Assembly: GCA_951804945.1 (NCBI GenBank)
Contig: OX638154.1
Coordinates: forward strand, 82,460,001-82,524,000
Length of the DNA: 64,000 bases
Direction of reading: 5' to 3'
From: Podarcis cretensis
Taxonomy: Eukaryota
Shown here: piece after piece, positions 35,366 to 49,166 of the stretch
Layout of the letters: every line of letters begins with the position of its first letter
Position numbering within the stretch: the stretch's first letter is position 1
Made by a program: the position numbers and the translations under genes
Notes under the pieces: generated by a model
Databases searched by the model: none
What the model was told of the DNA's origin: nothing
The model's input: only the letters and a program-made list of their open reading frames with translations

Positions 35366-37040
35366 TCACTAGTTTTACTTTGCACCAGCTTTTCCAGATG
35401 ATCAAACAAAATTTGAAGCTTTTATGTTACTCTACACTACATGCAATTTCTGCAAGTGTTGTATTTTCATAAAGAAGCAGTAGAGATCATGGATTGAATG
35501 TAGGCTTGCTGTTTCACGAATGTAAGGACCCTTTTGATATGTGTAAGCGAGTTAGGTTCTAAGGAGGTTCCCATGACACAGAATGGATGCTCCCCAGTGC
35601 CACCTCCCACACTGTCTTGGAGGACTCCCCAACCCTAATTCAGAGCAAATATTTTTTTGCGGAGGGGGGCTTGGGAAGCATCTGGTTTGTAAGGTTCCAA
35701 TTATATGGGCAAATCTGTCTTATTCCTGAAATAGAAATTCATTTTTGTGTCTTCTGAGTAGTTACATAGAAAGGAATATATCTTACAGATTCAAGAGAAT
35801 GGAGGGGAAAAGTGAAAATAAGATATATATATATGAGATGCCTTTGATGCAGGAGGTGATGGGGAGGGGTGCAAACAGCCATTGTTTCTGTACCTGAGAA
35901 TTCCTCTATTGATAGAATAAAAAGAAAATTGCAGAGTAGTTCCTTGAATCTTCCAGGGCTCCAAAGGACTGAAGGGCTTCTCTCTAAATAAAGTACTCCC
36001 TGCATTTCCTCCCTGGCTCTTTGAATATAAAATTTGATCAAGGGAAAAAAATGAACGTAATAGAAATCAGTTCTCGTTTGCTGCTTTATTCATTTAATAA
36101 AATGGGCTGTTTGTGAATGGGCTTCCTTTGAAATGAACTATTTCCATGGTAAATGGGTGAGCATTTGAATAGACTGGAAGTGTGGAGAGATAGATAATGC
36201 TACTTGCAATGATGCCTATGATAGATGATGGCACATGTCAAATTTTAAATAAATTTAGTGCTCCTGAAATGTGCTAGATTGCCAGTGACTGAAATTACTC
36301 TATTTACCAAGCATGAACCACATAACTGCAGCAGTGCCTGTTTTTCCATGCCGACTTGTTTGCTTCTGTTGAATAAGGCAATGCAGAAGTGAAAGCAAAC
36401 ACGCTGCAAAGGAAGCTGTCTTATGTCGAGCCAGACCACTGGTTCATTGCGCTCAGTATTCTCTTTGCTGATTGGCAGTGGCTCTCCAAGGTTTCCCAAC
36501 CCTACCATAGATTGAATCTAGGACCTTTTCCATGGAAAGCTCTTTAATGCTAAGCGTTGTCCCTTCGCCTTTCTAAAGTAATATTCGCTGAACATAGTGG
36601 TATTTATTGACTTCAAAGTCACGCCAACACTAACTTGCAAGCCAGTTGCTGTTTATCATCTCTGGCAGCCATCAAGGAGCTTCATATACCTTCTTGAAAA
36701 TCCTTCCAAGGTCATTGTCCTGAGTTGGTAGCACCTTCAGAGATGTTGAATAAAGGGGCAATCAGGACTGGGGCCATGCTGTGCCCCCCCAATGCCACAG
36801 TCTTTGTGAAAATCCCCTCCCACAGCTATTTGACCCCATTGGAAGACACTCATTTCCAGTGTGAGAAATGACAACTTCAGTTGAGTGATATTCATTGAGA
36901 CTGCAGTGTGTGTGTGTGTGGTGTAAATCCCACTACTCTCACATACCACAGTCTCACTGCTGCTTTCCTGATCCTGCTGTTTATAAAAGTTAAAAACAAG
37001 AGATGTTAATTGTAAACATGCAATCAACATCATGCCCATA

Positions 37041-37359
37041 CAGTGGTGCCCCGCATGACGAATGCCTCGCAAGACGGAAAACTCGCTAGACGAAAGATTT
37101 TTCCGTTTTGGAGGTGCTTCGCAAAACGAATTTCCTATGGGCTTGCTTCACAAGACGAAAATGTCTTGCGAGTTCCTGCGGGTTTTCCCCCCCTTCCCCC
37201 CTTTTTCTAAGCCGCTTATCCGCTAAGCCGCTAAAAGCCGCTAAACCGCTAATAGCGCTAATCCGCTAAGCCGTCAATGGGCTTGCTTCGCAAGACGAAA
37301 AAACCGCTAAACGAAGAGAATCGCGGAACGGATTCTTTTCGTCTTGCGAGGCACCACTG
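37041..37359. mobile_element. Tigger-like MITE, same family as 24973, opposite orientation
   Basis: TIRs CAGTGGTGCC / GGCACCACTG, TA TSD, repeated CGCAAGACG and central CCGCTAA repeats. Confidence 0.93.
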
Positions 37360-37879
37360 TATTGGTCCTCAGAAACAGCTGGAAACCTGTAAAGCCCTCA
37401 CACTCTTTTATACCTGAGCACTATATGTGCAATTAGCAAATGATCTCAAGAACTGGATGTGAGCAGCCTTTTTTTGTATTCTCTGGGCCATGACAACTTA
37501 AGTAGGTTATACGTTGCTTTTGCTTCCAAGATAGTGAAGAAAACAAACATAGCAACAGAGTGAACGATAGAGAAAGGGATTGTGTATATAATTCTGATGG
37601 CTGAAATACACACCCCTGGTAACTTTGAATTTATTAAGTGTGTGGATAATTGGTTGTTTTTACAAGTTTAATTGTTTTAATAGTGGTGGTTTGCAACTCC
37701 TGGGCCCCTTTGGGATAGAAATTTAAGAAATAAAATACTTGCTTATTATGAATCAAATTGAAATTAGGGATTAGGCATGTGAAGAATCTTGATTTTATAA
37801 GAATTAAATCCTAACTGTCCCCCACCACTAATGGGGCTTTGCAGAGTGGTGGAACAACTGGTACATTCATTGCCTATCC

Positions 37880-38015
37880 CAGGCATAGGCAAACTCCGTC
37901 CTCCAGCTGTTTTGGGACTACAACTCCCATCATTCCTAGCTAACAGGACCAGTGGTCAGGGATGATGGGAGGTGTAGTTCCAAAACATCTGGAGGGCCGA
38001 ATTTGCCTATGCCTG
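37880..38015. mobile_element. Palindromic hAT MITE
   Basis: TIRs CAGGCATAGGCAAA / TTTGCCTATGCCTG. TSD GCCTATCC / GCCTAGCC. Confidence 0.94.
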
Positions 38016-39632
38016 GCCTAGCCACTTATAGTTCCTGTGAGGAGACAGGACAATTGGGACCAGTCCCTGTGATATCTCCATACTGGTGCACTAGTTGAGT
38101 TTGAACTGTGCCCAATGCCAGCTGCCAGTGGCTGTGAGATTGGCTTTGGATACAACAGATCGGAGGCCAGCACAGCCTCTCCCCACCCTTCCTTTCTCTT
38201 TGGGGCTTTTTGCTGGGTTTCCCCCAATGAGGATATCAACAGCAGGCCTCCTGGCTATTTGGTGGCCAGCAGGAGGCTGACTCACTTGTCAGAGCTGAAC
38301 TGAGGGACACCTCCACTCAATCTAAGCCTCACATAGCTCAGCCTAAGAAGGATTTGGATTGCCCTTTAAATCTATTTCCCCAGCCTTGAGCAGTCGATAG
38401 TTGCAGAAAATCCTTCTGTCTGTTCAGAGTCTAGTTGTTTTCGTTTAAGCAGCCATTCCTTCAGTACAATTAATTGTCTTCATCAGCTAAAGGTACTGGG
38501 TGTCACTTGTGTGCATTTTGTTTAATAGTTTTTATGGTCAGTCCTGCACAGTGTAAGGAAGCATCTTGCTGCATGCAGAAAGGGGTTGAAATGTCACAAG
38601 GATGAAACCACTCACAGTGGAAGGTTTTATGGTTGTGATTTTATCTTTGAGGTCAGTGGGACTTACTCCCAGGTAAGCGAATTAGGAAGATTTGCAGCTT
38701 CGTGGACTTGAATGCTTTTGGCTTTGGGTATGTGTGTGGCAGTGCTGCCGTATCTCAAGTTTCATAGTCTTAAAACTTAACCACTTAAAGTTCTCCCTCC
38801 TCTCCGCTCATTGCGGGCATGACAACAGCATCACTAGAATGCCGACACAATAAATGCACGGGTAGCAGGTTTAACAAAAAATAAATAAATGGATTACGGA
38901 AGCCACATAGCTGTTTTGGCACACCACAACAGTTTAACAAAACTGCAGCATTTGAGCTGAACTCTGCTTTTAATAGACTTCTGCACTGGCCCTTATGGGT
39001 ACTACCAATTTGTTTCTTTGGAGCGCATCTGAAGCCCATCAGATGTTAATAGTGTTCAGTCACAGCTGAGGTAGGCTGGCTATGAACCAATGATCCAGAG
39101 GCAAAAAGCTTCTGTGGCCCATCACCAATCTCCCTGAGCCACCCAGTCTCCTGTAGTCCACTCATCTTTCTGGTCTCATAGCTCTCATAAGTTAATCTTT
39201 CTTCTCCTGTGTCTAATGTGATAATCTTTCTTCTCCTACATATCTGCCTTTGACTTCCTTGACAGTAAGGCTGACAAACACCCTCAGTAGTCCCCCCCTC
39301 CCTTTGTTGCACAGAAGTATTAGTCAGGAGTACAGTTTGAAGTAAAATGGATATCTAAAAATAAAAAGACATGTGCAGGAACCGTTTTCACGCGTTCAGC
39401 TGAATGCCGAAGGCACATGCTGATGCTCGAGTGTGGCTAATGAGAGTGGTTCCACCCTCCTCGTTCATTCATTGAATTCATGAGGGGTTTTGTGAATAAG
39501 GCTTATATTTTTTAGAGTTCTGTGGAGTTTTTAATATAGTTTTCTTGTGTTAGTTATGATATATATAACTGAATTGAATTATGATTATCAGTTGGATTGT
39601 TTTGAAAAATTATTCTTATACCATACTATGTA

Positions 39633-39870
39633 CAGAATGGTACCTTGGTTTAAGAACAGCTTAGTTTATGAACAACTTGGATTAAGAACGCTGCAAACCC
39701 AGAAGTAGGTGTTTTGGTTTGTGAACTTTGCCTTGGAAGCAGAACATGTTTCACTTCCTGTTGAGTGTGTTCCTTTTGTAAATTGAGTCCCTCGCTGTTA
39801 TGGGAAAGCACACCTTGGTTTAAGAACGGATTTCTCGAATTGATTAAGTTTGTAAACCAAGTTACCACTG
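39633..39870. mobile_element. Tc1/mariner (Tigger-like) MITE
   Basis: Ends CAGAATGGTACCTTGGTTTA / TAAACCAAGTTACCACTG. TA TSD. Confidence 0.88.
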
Positions 39871-42286
39871 TACTGCTTTTATTGCTGCTATTACAAGTTT
39901 TTGTTGAAACATTTTTTTATTTGGATGAATTATTATAATAGTTGATTTTGAGTGGTTGTCATGAACTGAATTACTAAATTTATTTGAAATGCTGATGTTG
40001 GTGTTTGTTACAGATTGCTGTTTGTTACTGAAGTTCTTCCTTCATTTTTTTCTTTCTTCTCCATACCTCAATAATCCTCTCTGCTTCTGATCAACATGTG
40101 AGGAATAGTTATTGATCAATCAATTTCTGTACCACCTTTCAACAGTCAAATCACACTTTCAGCCATGGTGCCCCATCGGAGGAATTCCCTTCCCAAGGAA
40201 GCTTGTCTGGCACAGACTCTCATTATATTTTAGGCATCAGGCAAAGTATCCTATAATTGTATCCTATCCTTCAGTGTATAATCTCAGGGTGGTTTACCAT
40301 ACATCACAATACATAAAAAATTACAATAAACACTTGCATGATTGTATAACGCCTCAAAATCCAGAGAGCAGCTCCCTTCGTTTAACAACATTCTGAAATA
40401 GATTCCTGCTATTCCTTAAAGACCAAGCTCCCATCTGGGGCATTTTTACCTCTCACCTTTTCTCAGTTTGAGAAAATTCTTATTTAACATCACCTTGGCT
40501 TGAACGAAAGACAGCTAAAATGCTACTCTCATCCTTGAGCTGTGACAGGCGCAGCATCACAAGGAGAAAACCATTTGCAGCCATCCTTACTGACACTGAA
40601 ACATCACATGCAATGGCCTGGTTTGAATATTTCGCTCCTGGGACAACAGCTAGCCTTAGTGTCATGACTGGATGATGTGTTTGGGGACAGGATGTTCCTG
40701 CTGGTTCAGAAGGTTCAGAGCCTGGTCCTTTGTCACTATTCCATGCACCAAGGCATGGAAGTGAAAGTAGCAAAGTTCTCTTCCCTTCTAATGCACTGAC
40801 TGCTAGTGCTGTTCTTAACCTTTTCTCCGATTGCTTCCAGATTGATCTGTTTAATTGAGCGTTACTCCTGATTTGTTTGCACAAAATTTGCATGGATTTT
40901 ATATTATACCACTGTCAAGTGGTAGTTATCCCACACTCTAAAATACATTTCTCCATTACTTTTTCCTTTTACTGTAAAAAGTCATTTTTTAAAAAACCAC
41001 ATTTGTTGCACATGAGTGCTGTAGTGCTGTTTATCACAATGTACCACTTTTTTGGGTTGGTTATGAAGGTGCACTTTATTGCACAAAGGGTGTATATTGA
41101 ATGGGTGAAAGATATGCTCTAAAGTGCTGACAGACTGAAAGTAATCACTGGAAGTGACTAGTTTGCATGCGTGCCGCCTCTCTGCAGATATTTACTCCTA
41201 TTCATCTGTGCTGGGGCACAACACTGAAGGGTGGCATTCTCCCCCACATAATTATTAATTGCCAGGAGTGACTGCTCAAATATGACTACAGTGGTTCTGA
41301 AAAGTCTGAAAATGGGACAGTATTATATTTAGCTGTCAAAACCTGTCCTATAAAGTTCACACCACAACAGAAGCCAGCACTCTAGCATATGGCAAGAAAG
41401 AGATGTACAAATAAGTTGTCATATTTTTCTTGTAATCAGTGTATCTTGGACCATGGATGACATGGATTAAAAGTTTCTAGAATGGGATAATGACTCTGGG
41501 AGGCATAGCATTCTACTCAGTTAGCTAATGAAAATCTGATATTCCATTTCTTCTTTTCTCTGTTGCATTACAGCACTTGATTTATCTGTTCAGGAACAGT
41601 TTACCACTTATCTTTACAGTTTGTAATACTGCCGTAGGGAATAAACATTTTATTTCTGCAAACAATCCCCAGAAATAGATTTTTTTGTTGTTACTGTTAC
41701 TGAAAGCAGTTTGTTTTTAATAATACACATTGAATTTTAGAGCCTGATTCCTTATGGAACCATAAAATGCAAGCCAATCTCAGCATCTGACTTCCTCTCT
41801 TTGTCAACTTTTTACCAGATGTGCTGGATTGTCTGCATGATCAGCTTCTGAAAACAAAGTACAGTGTTAAGAACATAAAAAATTGGATTGCTAGTGCATT
41901 GAGCCCAACACCCTGTGGCAAGCCAGATGCTGTCATAAGTTTTCAAAAATGGTATGATGGAAAAAGCCACTATTTTATCCCTAGCATGTGTTATTCAAGG
42001 TACACTGCCTTTGAACATGGAGTCTCCATTTTGGGGCTGTTATGTTACAGGCTTGTAGAAGTACATTGGGAATTTGATGAAAAATTATGTTGTCTTTGTA
42101 GAGAGGAGTGATAGATGTTGCTTATTATCTATTGCTGTTAGTTATTAGTAACATGTAAAAGGAGGTGAGAACTCCCACAATGGTCTGGATTCGAATTCAG
42201 GTTTCCCAGTTTAGCATTCCCATTAATAATTTTGGTTTCTTGTGTAGTGAGAAAGTACATTAATTCTACATGAAGGTCTAATACTT

Positions 42287-42520
42287 CACAGAATCACAGA
42301 ATTGTAGAGTTAGAACGGACCTGAAGTGTCATCTAGTCCAACCACCTGCAATGCAGCAATCACAGCTAAAGAATCCCTGACAGATGACCAGCCAACCTCT
42401 GTTTCCAAACCTTCATTGAAGGACAGTCCACCACCTTCCAAGGCAGTCTGTTCCACTGTTGAACAGTTCTTACCACCAGAAAGTTCTTCCTGATGTTTAG
42501 TAAGAATCTCATTTCTTGCC
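42287..42520 (-). mobile_element. CR1 LINE 3' end
   Basis: CACAGAATCACAGAAT octamer tail, GTCATCTAGTCCAACC, GTTCCACTGTTGAACAG, GAAAGTTCTTCCTGATGTTTAG. Confidence 0.9.
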
Positions 42521-42734
42521 CTTAAAGGTATACACTGGAGATGTAGCTACCCCCTTCATATCAGCTTTCTGCTCTAGTATTTACAAGAGTAGAAGGGAAC
42601 ATCTGCCAAACAGCTGGAATGGTGCAGTGCCAGAGGTTACTTTGCTAACTCTACAGCCTTCCATAGCCCTTGCCTCTAGTGTGAACTGGCCAGAAATCAA
42701 CAAGTGATTGGTGTACATGCTCTTACTTAGCATT

Positions 42735-42806
42735 GTTGTTGTTTAGTCGTTTAGTCGTGTCCGACTCTTCGTGACCCCATGGACCAGAGCACGCCAGGCA
42801 CTCCTG
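42735..42806 (-). mobile_element. BovB extreme 3' fragment (about 72 bp)
   Basis: Nearly identical to the 3' end of the other BovB copies. TSD TCTT(A/G)CTTAGCATT (42721-42734 and 42807-42820). Confidence 0.93.
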
Positions 42807-45800
42807 TCTTGCTTAGCATTACAACAGCTAAATGTAGATGCAATGTGTAGATTTGCTCTGTGTGTTTTCTGTTCTGTTCTGGAAAAGCTTGGGGTCAAGG
42901 AAGAGGGTGCAGGGAATGTTTCACTCTGCAGTTCTTCTGCATTTTTACCTGGAAGTAAAATCTCATTGCCATGGGTCTTACTTCCAAGCACGTATGCACA
43001 AGACCTCAGCCTTAAAGCAATAATATCCCAGCAGGTGGTGTTGAATTTTATGGCTTCTAAAAATCCAATGGCTTTATATTTATTTTTATATCTCGCACCT
43101 CCTGCAAAACTTCTTTCTTTTGTCCTCATTGATTATTTCAGCTGCTGATCCACCTCTTCATCCTTTTTCCAGTAGCACTCTTGCTACTGCCAGGATTACT
43201 GCTTCTGTGGCCTAAACTGACCAGAATTGGATACATGTTACTGACTGCTTTGGATTGCAGGTTGCTAAAGTGTGTCACTGCTTTGTTGGCATCCTTCTGA
43301 ACAAATTGATCCTAACTTGTCCAACATAACACGTATTGCCCTTTGCTTTCCTTGCCTCTCACATTTCCCTACAAAACACCTCTGCTTTGATCACCTTACA
43401 TATCCCCTTCCATTTTTTCCACTAATTTCCTTTTTGTCTCTGCCTTACACTTCAAGCTTAATACTCTCACTTTTTAAGGCCTTGTAGAATTGATTGCTGC
43501 CTACAAAGTGGTGCTTGTTCCTAGTTGCATGATATGCTTCTCTCCCATTCTTTTCAACGTAACATCTCCTTTGTTTCCACCTCCTTCCTTTCCCATGGCA
43601 TTTTCCCTCTCTGTGTTGTCTGTCCTTGAGTCTTCTTCTATCCCAACCTTTCTGTCTGCCTCGTGGGAGGCTAGATGGAAAACTTTGAACAATCTAGTTC
43701 TAATATAGATGTCTTAATGGACCGACAAAGGATATATTCTGGTTGTGCATAGACTTGGTAATTTAGCACTCGGATGCATTGCATATGAGACTCGGAGCAG
43801 CCAGATACTGTAGAGAAGTGAAGGATGGTGCGGAGGCATGTAAATGAATAATAATTCCACTGTTCCACGTACTTTAAACTCTGGCTGTTTAACTATTAAT
43901 ATTCTAGGTTTATATGATAAGATAAATTGGTACCACTTAGAATACATAATGGGCTTACTTGAGGTGTTTACTGCTGGGAGCTAGGATTTAGAATGCATTT
44001 TAGGTTCACTTCCAAGGTTTAAAGGGCCTCAGACACACACTTCTCTTGAAATTAAGATTATTTGTGGGGTTTGATTTTTGATCCCCATACTTGGTATCCC
44101 TTTCCAGTTGTAATAATGTTATCAGTGCATGTATTTAGAAAGATTATTTTGCAGCATTTGGCTGTAAGGACCTTTGTGATTTACTGGAAGGTTCTGCTAA
44201 TTCATTTACATACAAAATGAGATTATTTGTTACCACATTTAAACTTTTTTAACAGTCATTAGTATTACTTTGTGCTGCACTTATAAATGAACAGAAGAAA
44301 AGTTGAACTACAGAAGGCAACCCTGTTTAAACCGCAAGCCACTCTTTGTGTCGAGGAAGACACTGGCTTTCAGTAAACTCGTAGTACTAAGGAGAGATCA
44401 GAGGATCCTTTAATCCAGATCTGCTCCTTTATGCAGAGTAATAATGCTCTCTTCCCTTGTCTTCTATCCCATCTGACTGTCTTGAATCTGACAGCACTGA
44501 ATATCCATGTGTGGGCATAACAGTCTTAGGTGTGCCCAAGCCTGGATGATTTAGTCAATATTCCAGATGAAATTTGAGATGATCCTAGATAAAATCCAGG
44601 AATCGGATGCTTGATATGGGCCCCAGTATTTGGGATTTTATGGATTTATGCATTAAGAACATGATGCCTGCTTGTGAATTGACCTCCGGTAGTGTTGAAG
44701 TGCAGGATGTACTTGTGAGAAGGGTAGACATGGTCTTTTCCCCACCATATGTAGGGGAGTGGTGCTGGGGGAAAGCTAAGATTTAATCCAACCCAGAGGC
44801 ATCTATATGTGGGGATGAGGAAGACAGACAGAAGTGGTTTGGAAAGCTTTTACTGCTGCTTTTCTTTTTAAAACCTGTTCAGCCAGGTGATTGGATGCAA
44901 TAAAAATGTGCAAAAATACCTTCGGCTGCTTTATTGTCCTCCCCCCCAAGTAATGACCTTTTTATTTGATTTCTGCCAAATTGAAAAGAAAAGTATTCCA
45001 AAATGGTTTACAGATTGTATTCATTGCAGGTAAAATTGAAATGAGTATACCCTAGAGGGTTGGAAATGTAGTGCCTGAGGAGCTGAATTTCCTTTAATGT
45101 TGGTGCGTTTAGAAAAACAATTTAATTCTTGTGGGGAATCTGTTTTGAACGTTATTCAAGATACTGCTTGTGGTTGGCTCCAGATGAAATTTCACTTGAC
45201 TATGTAAGCAGTATTTTGGATGTGGAACTATTTGTATTAACTTTCAGCTGCTGTGATCCGCTTTGTCAGTTAGTGTTTCTGGGGGGTGGGGGGTGGCGGG
45301 TGGGACAGGATAAAATTATACTAAACAAAGGATGAATTTGTTAATCCCTATTTGTTAACTCTTAATTAAGCAGGGATTGAAGAATAAAATGTGAAGTTTT
45401 CTGGGTCCTAGGCCGTGTCATGAACACATGAATTGTAAGAGTATAAAATGTCACTGACAAAATGAACTGACAAATTTAAGTGCAACTTTGTGAAGGAAAG
45501 GAAAGATTTTGTAATTATTCAGTTTTGAGAGGTATTGGAGTGGAGTGATTTAGGATGGGCTTTCATAGGAAACCCAAGTTAAAATGCCCCTCCCTCCACC
45601 ATCTATTTATTTATTTATATGATTGATTGATTGATTGATTGATTGATAGATATACTGTCCTTCATCATAAGCCCTCAGGGCAGTTCACAGAACCATAAAG
45701 CTCCATCAGTGGTCACTTTCCCCTTACAAGATTCATGTGAGCAGAAAATTACAGAATTCCCTATAAACTGCCCTGAGTTCCAAATGCAACTGTGATGAAT

Positions 45801-46140
45801 TTGTTGGAATCTGTCTGTCTCAAGAAACAATGGAGTGCAAAGGTGTAAGAGACAATGGAGGTGAAGTCAAACTGCTGACTGCAGAGACCAATTCTGTCCA
45901 CTGTTGTACAGTGACCGCATTTGCATGTCATATTAAACCATAGTTTAGTGGAACACGAGCAAGCAAAAAGCAAGCCACAGCAAGCCTTAGGTTTGTGCAC
46001 TCCCCTGGGAAGATGAGCTCAGAAAGTGGATAGAGAGAAGCTTTTCTCCCTATTTTATAACCCAGGGCCATCTAGTGAGGTTGGCTGTTGGAACTTTCAA
46101 GACACACAAAGGAAGGTACTTCTTTACACCACACATAGTT

Positions 46141-46358
46141 CATAGAATCTTAAAAGTTGGAAGGGACCCAAGTAAGAGCTGTTTATCAGTGGAACAGTTT
46201 CCCTTGGGAGGTTGTAGACTCTCCTTCCTTGGAGGTTTTTAAGCAGAGGTTGGATGGCCATCTGTCATGGATGCTTTCGCTGGGATTCCTGCATTTCAGG
46301 GGGTCGGACTAGATGACCCTTTGGGTCCCTTCCAACCCTTCAATTATATGATTTTATG
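46141..46358 (+). mobile_element. CR1 3' end preceded by an inverted copy of the CR1 tail; older CR1 fragment upstream (about 46025-46140)
   Basis: Sense CR1 at 46173-46358. 46141-46172 is the reverse complement of the tail (GTTGGAAGGGACCCAA versus TTGGGTCCCTTCCAAC). Confidence 0.85.
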
Positions 46359-46484
46359 AAAACAAATACAATAATCCCCACATTTGAATGCAGCCAAAGT
46401 CCAACCGCTTATGCTTTCTGGAAGTACTGTAAGATGTCCTAATACAAGTTATATTTTAGCAGACAGAGTTTAGCAGGTTTGTGA

Positions 46485-46485
<1 letters not shown>

Positions 46486-46519
<34 letters not shown>
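46486..46519. repeat. (CA)n microsatellite
   Basis: Read directly from the sequence. Confidence 0.97.
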
Positions 46520-46520
<1 letters not shown>

Positions 46521-47359
46521 AGTTAATGCCCCTATTCACATGTGAATATTGACAATCCCATTTGAATTTTTATGAGTGTCTGAAAACTCAATAGCGCTGA
46601 TGAATGTTGCCTTCACCCAAATGTAATCATGAGCATTAACTCAAATATGTCTAAAAACTGGGGGGAAATATATATCTTTGTTTGGGTCTCATATAATTCA
46701 GCTAGTGTTCACATTCATATGTGCAAATTGACATTCACCAAATTTTGGACGTAAATTGCAACATATATGTAGAGTGGGTTTGTTTGTTGGTTTGTTTTTT
46801 GAATATTTTATTAGTTGAATATAAGAACAACATATAATCAAATACAAACAATCAAATACAGTTTTCCCCTACCCTCCCCCCCAAAAAAATCCCCAACTAC
46901 ATCCAGGTAAATTACATTGGTAATATAATCAAATAAAAAATTATTTCTACAGTTGCTGGTTTAAAAAATGTCATTCTTTTTTTTTTAAAAGAACTATATA
47001 TGACTTGCCTTAAAGAGTGGGATTTTGGACAAAAATTGGAAATAAAAGAAATAAATGAAAGCTTTGAAAATGACTTATCAGACGTAATAAGTTTCCCAGC
47101 TGCCCAGGAATTAGTCTGGTGAATTTACACATGCTGCACATGTCTCTCACTGCTGATTTTACATGTCTTGCAAGTGACATTCCACTTACTACTAAAAAGT
47201 GTGCTTGTGGAGTTTTGTTCCTGAAATCCTTTGGTCTGACTCCTGTGAGTCTTGAGTGTCATTCCAGCTCCAGTAACTAATGCGGGTAGCACGGGTAGAT
47301 GGATCTGACAGGACTGAGAACTAACAGCGTGTCAGACGCTTTTCTCCAATGAAGGCTAT

Positions 47360-47491
47360 NNNNNNNNNNNNNNNNNNNNNNNNNNNNNNNNNNNNNNNNN
47401 NNNNNNNNNNNNNNNNNNNNNNNNNNNNNNNNNNNNNNNNNNNNNNNNNNNNNNNNNNNNNNNNNNNNNNNNNNNNNNNNNNNNNNNNNNN
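47360..47491. other. N block, 132 nt
   Basis: Counted run of N. Confidence 0.98.
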
Positions 47492-49166
47492 GAAGCAGGG
47501 AGGGCAGAAGAATTGAAAATTAAAGAGGGAGTGAAAATTTGGTGTAAGGCTTTAGTGAGAGGTTGGAATAAAACATCAAATGTCACTCGTTTAATTGCCT
47601 TATTGTTGATGTAGGGGGGTCTTGAAATTTTAATTTTTATGACTTTAAACAGTCTAGTTAAAATGATTAAATAGCACACACTGTATTTGTGGGTAGGTCA
47701 ACTACACACACACACACACACACACATCCCATGTGTTTTACATATTTGGATAGCTTTTGTGTACTCTGTTTCATTGCTTTTTGAAATAGTGAAAAAAGGG
47801 TTTAGAAACCCCCCCACTAAAAATGTTAAGAGCTATTGCAAAAACGTAAATGCAGAAGTTCATGAAAGTACAATTTCTCTTTCTCTGGCTCTCTGTATGC
47901 ATATGAGCACTGCGACATAGCATGCTCTGTGTATGCAGTATATAGTGCGTTAAATGTATTTAAAAGGTATTCCCATATTTTATTCATATTAGTAAAAGCA
48001 TATATTTTACTTTGATTTCAGAGAAGCTACATAAATTCAAACCCGTTAAACTTTAGCCTGGATATTTATTTATTTATTGTTTACGGTCTTTGTGTGTGTA
48101 CACAAATCACAGCCCAAGGGAGTGATTTTATTTATTTCTACAGTAGTTGATGCAATCACAAAGTTTTTAAGATACAGCCTTCAAACCACCTATTGGTTTA
48201 AACGTGGTTAGTCCATAGCAGGTTGTTTGAGCTTTTCAGCTTAACTCGGTTTAGGATCTCATCCTTGGATTGCAATTCTTGCAGATACTAATTTGGAAGT
48301 AAGCTTCTCTTCAAGAACTCTGGTAGGATTTTCAGCATTAGGTTATCATCCTGAGGCTCAGGGTATTATATGTGAAAAACAACTGCATAATTAAATCAGC
48401 CCAAGTATTTAGCCTACTGAGAGGTCTTTATTGTGTTTTGTTCTTCACAATGAAACAATATTAAGAGATTTTACAGAACTGGCTGCAATAGTGAACAGAC
48501 TTTGTCTGGTGCAATCCCGTATCTTTTAGAACAATTTATTCTAGAGTAAATGATTGCCACGGCATGTGTTTGCACATGTAACAGAAAGGCAGAACAAAGC
48601 AGCAATAATAGATCTGGCTTTGCCAACACCAGTAGCTGCAAAGTAGCTTTTAAGAAGTGATGTGCTCAAAGGTTATCTTTGTTATATGAGATGTACTTAC
48701 TTAGTTTTTAAAGTGCGACTGGTGTTTAGTTAAATCTTTTACAGACTCAGTTCACTGAAGGTGACAGAAGTACTCACTTGAGCTCAATGAGAAGTAGACA
48801 TGACAGTAAATTTTTCAGTCCCAGACAGGGGATCTTGTTATAGGAGTCAGTATGGGGGTCAGGGCAGAGCCTGTTGATGATTGAGGAAAAGAGAAGTAAA
48901 TTCATTCTGCTCCAGGCACTTTGTCAAGTGCCAGTAGCTTACCATTGAGAACTAGTCACCCGTTCGAGTCTTACAGCCCTAGAGGTCACTCATTTGATAT
49001 AAATCATAGCACTGCATAGGCTCAGCAACCCATTGCCATTCAGGATGAAAATAAAAAAGAGGAATGCAGCCTTCTGAATGGAAATGACTGCGAACGTCCC
49101 CACCACATGTTGCTGTTTAATGCAATATGCGGCTCGATATTGATCTCCAGAATCAAGTCATTAAAA

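Noticed and set aside
40480-40893. 137-aa minus-strand ORF
   Set aside because: No recognisable domain and no convincing splice boundaries.
41819-41951. Possible plus-strand exon (DVLDCLHDQLLK...)
   Set aside because: Acceptor and donor are plausible, but I do not recognise the peptide and see no partner exons; RNA-seq would be needed.
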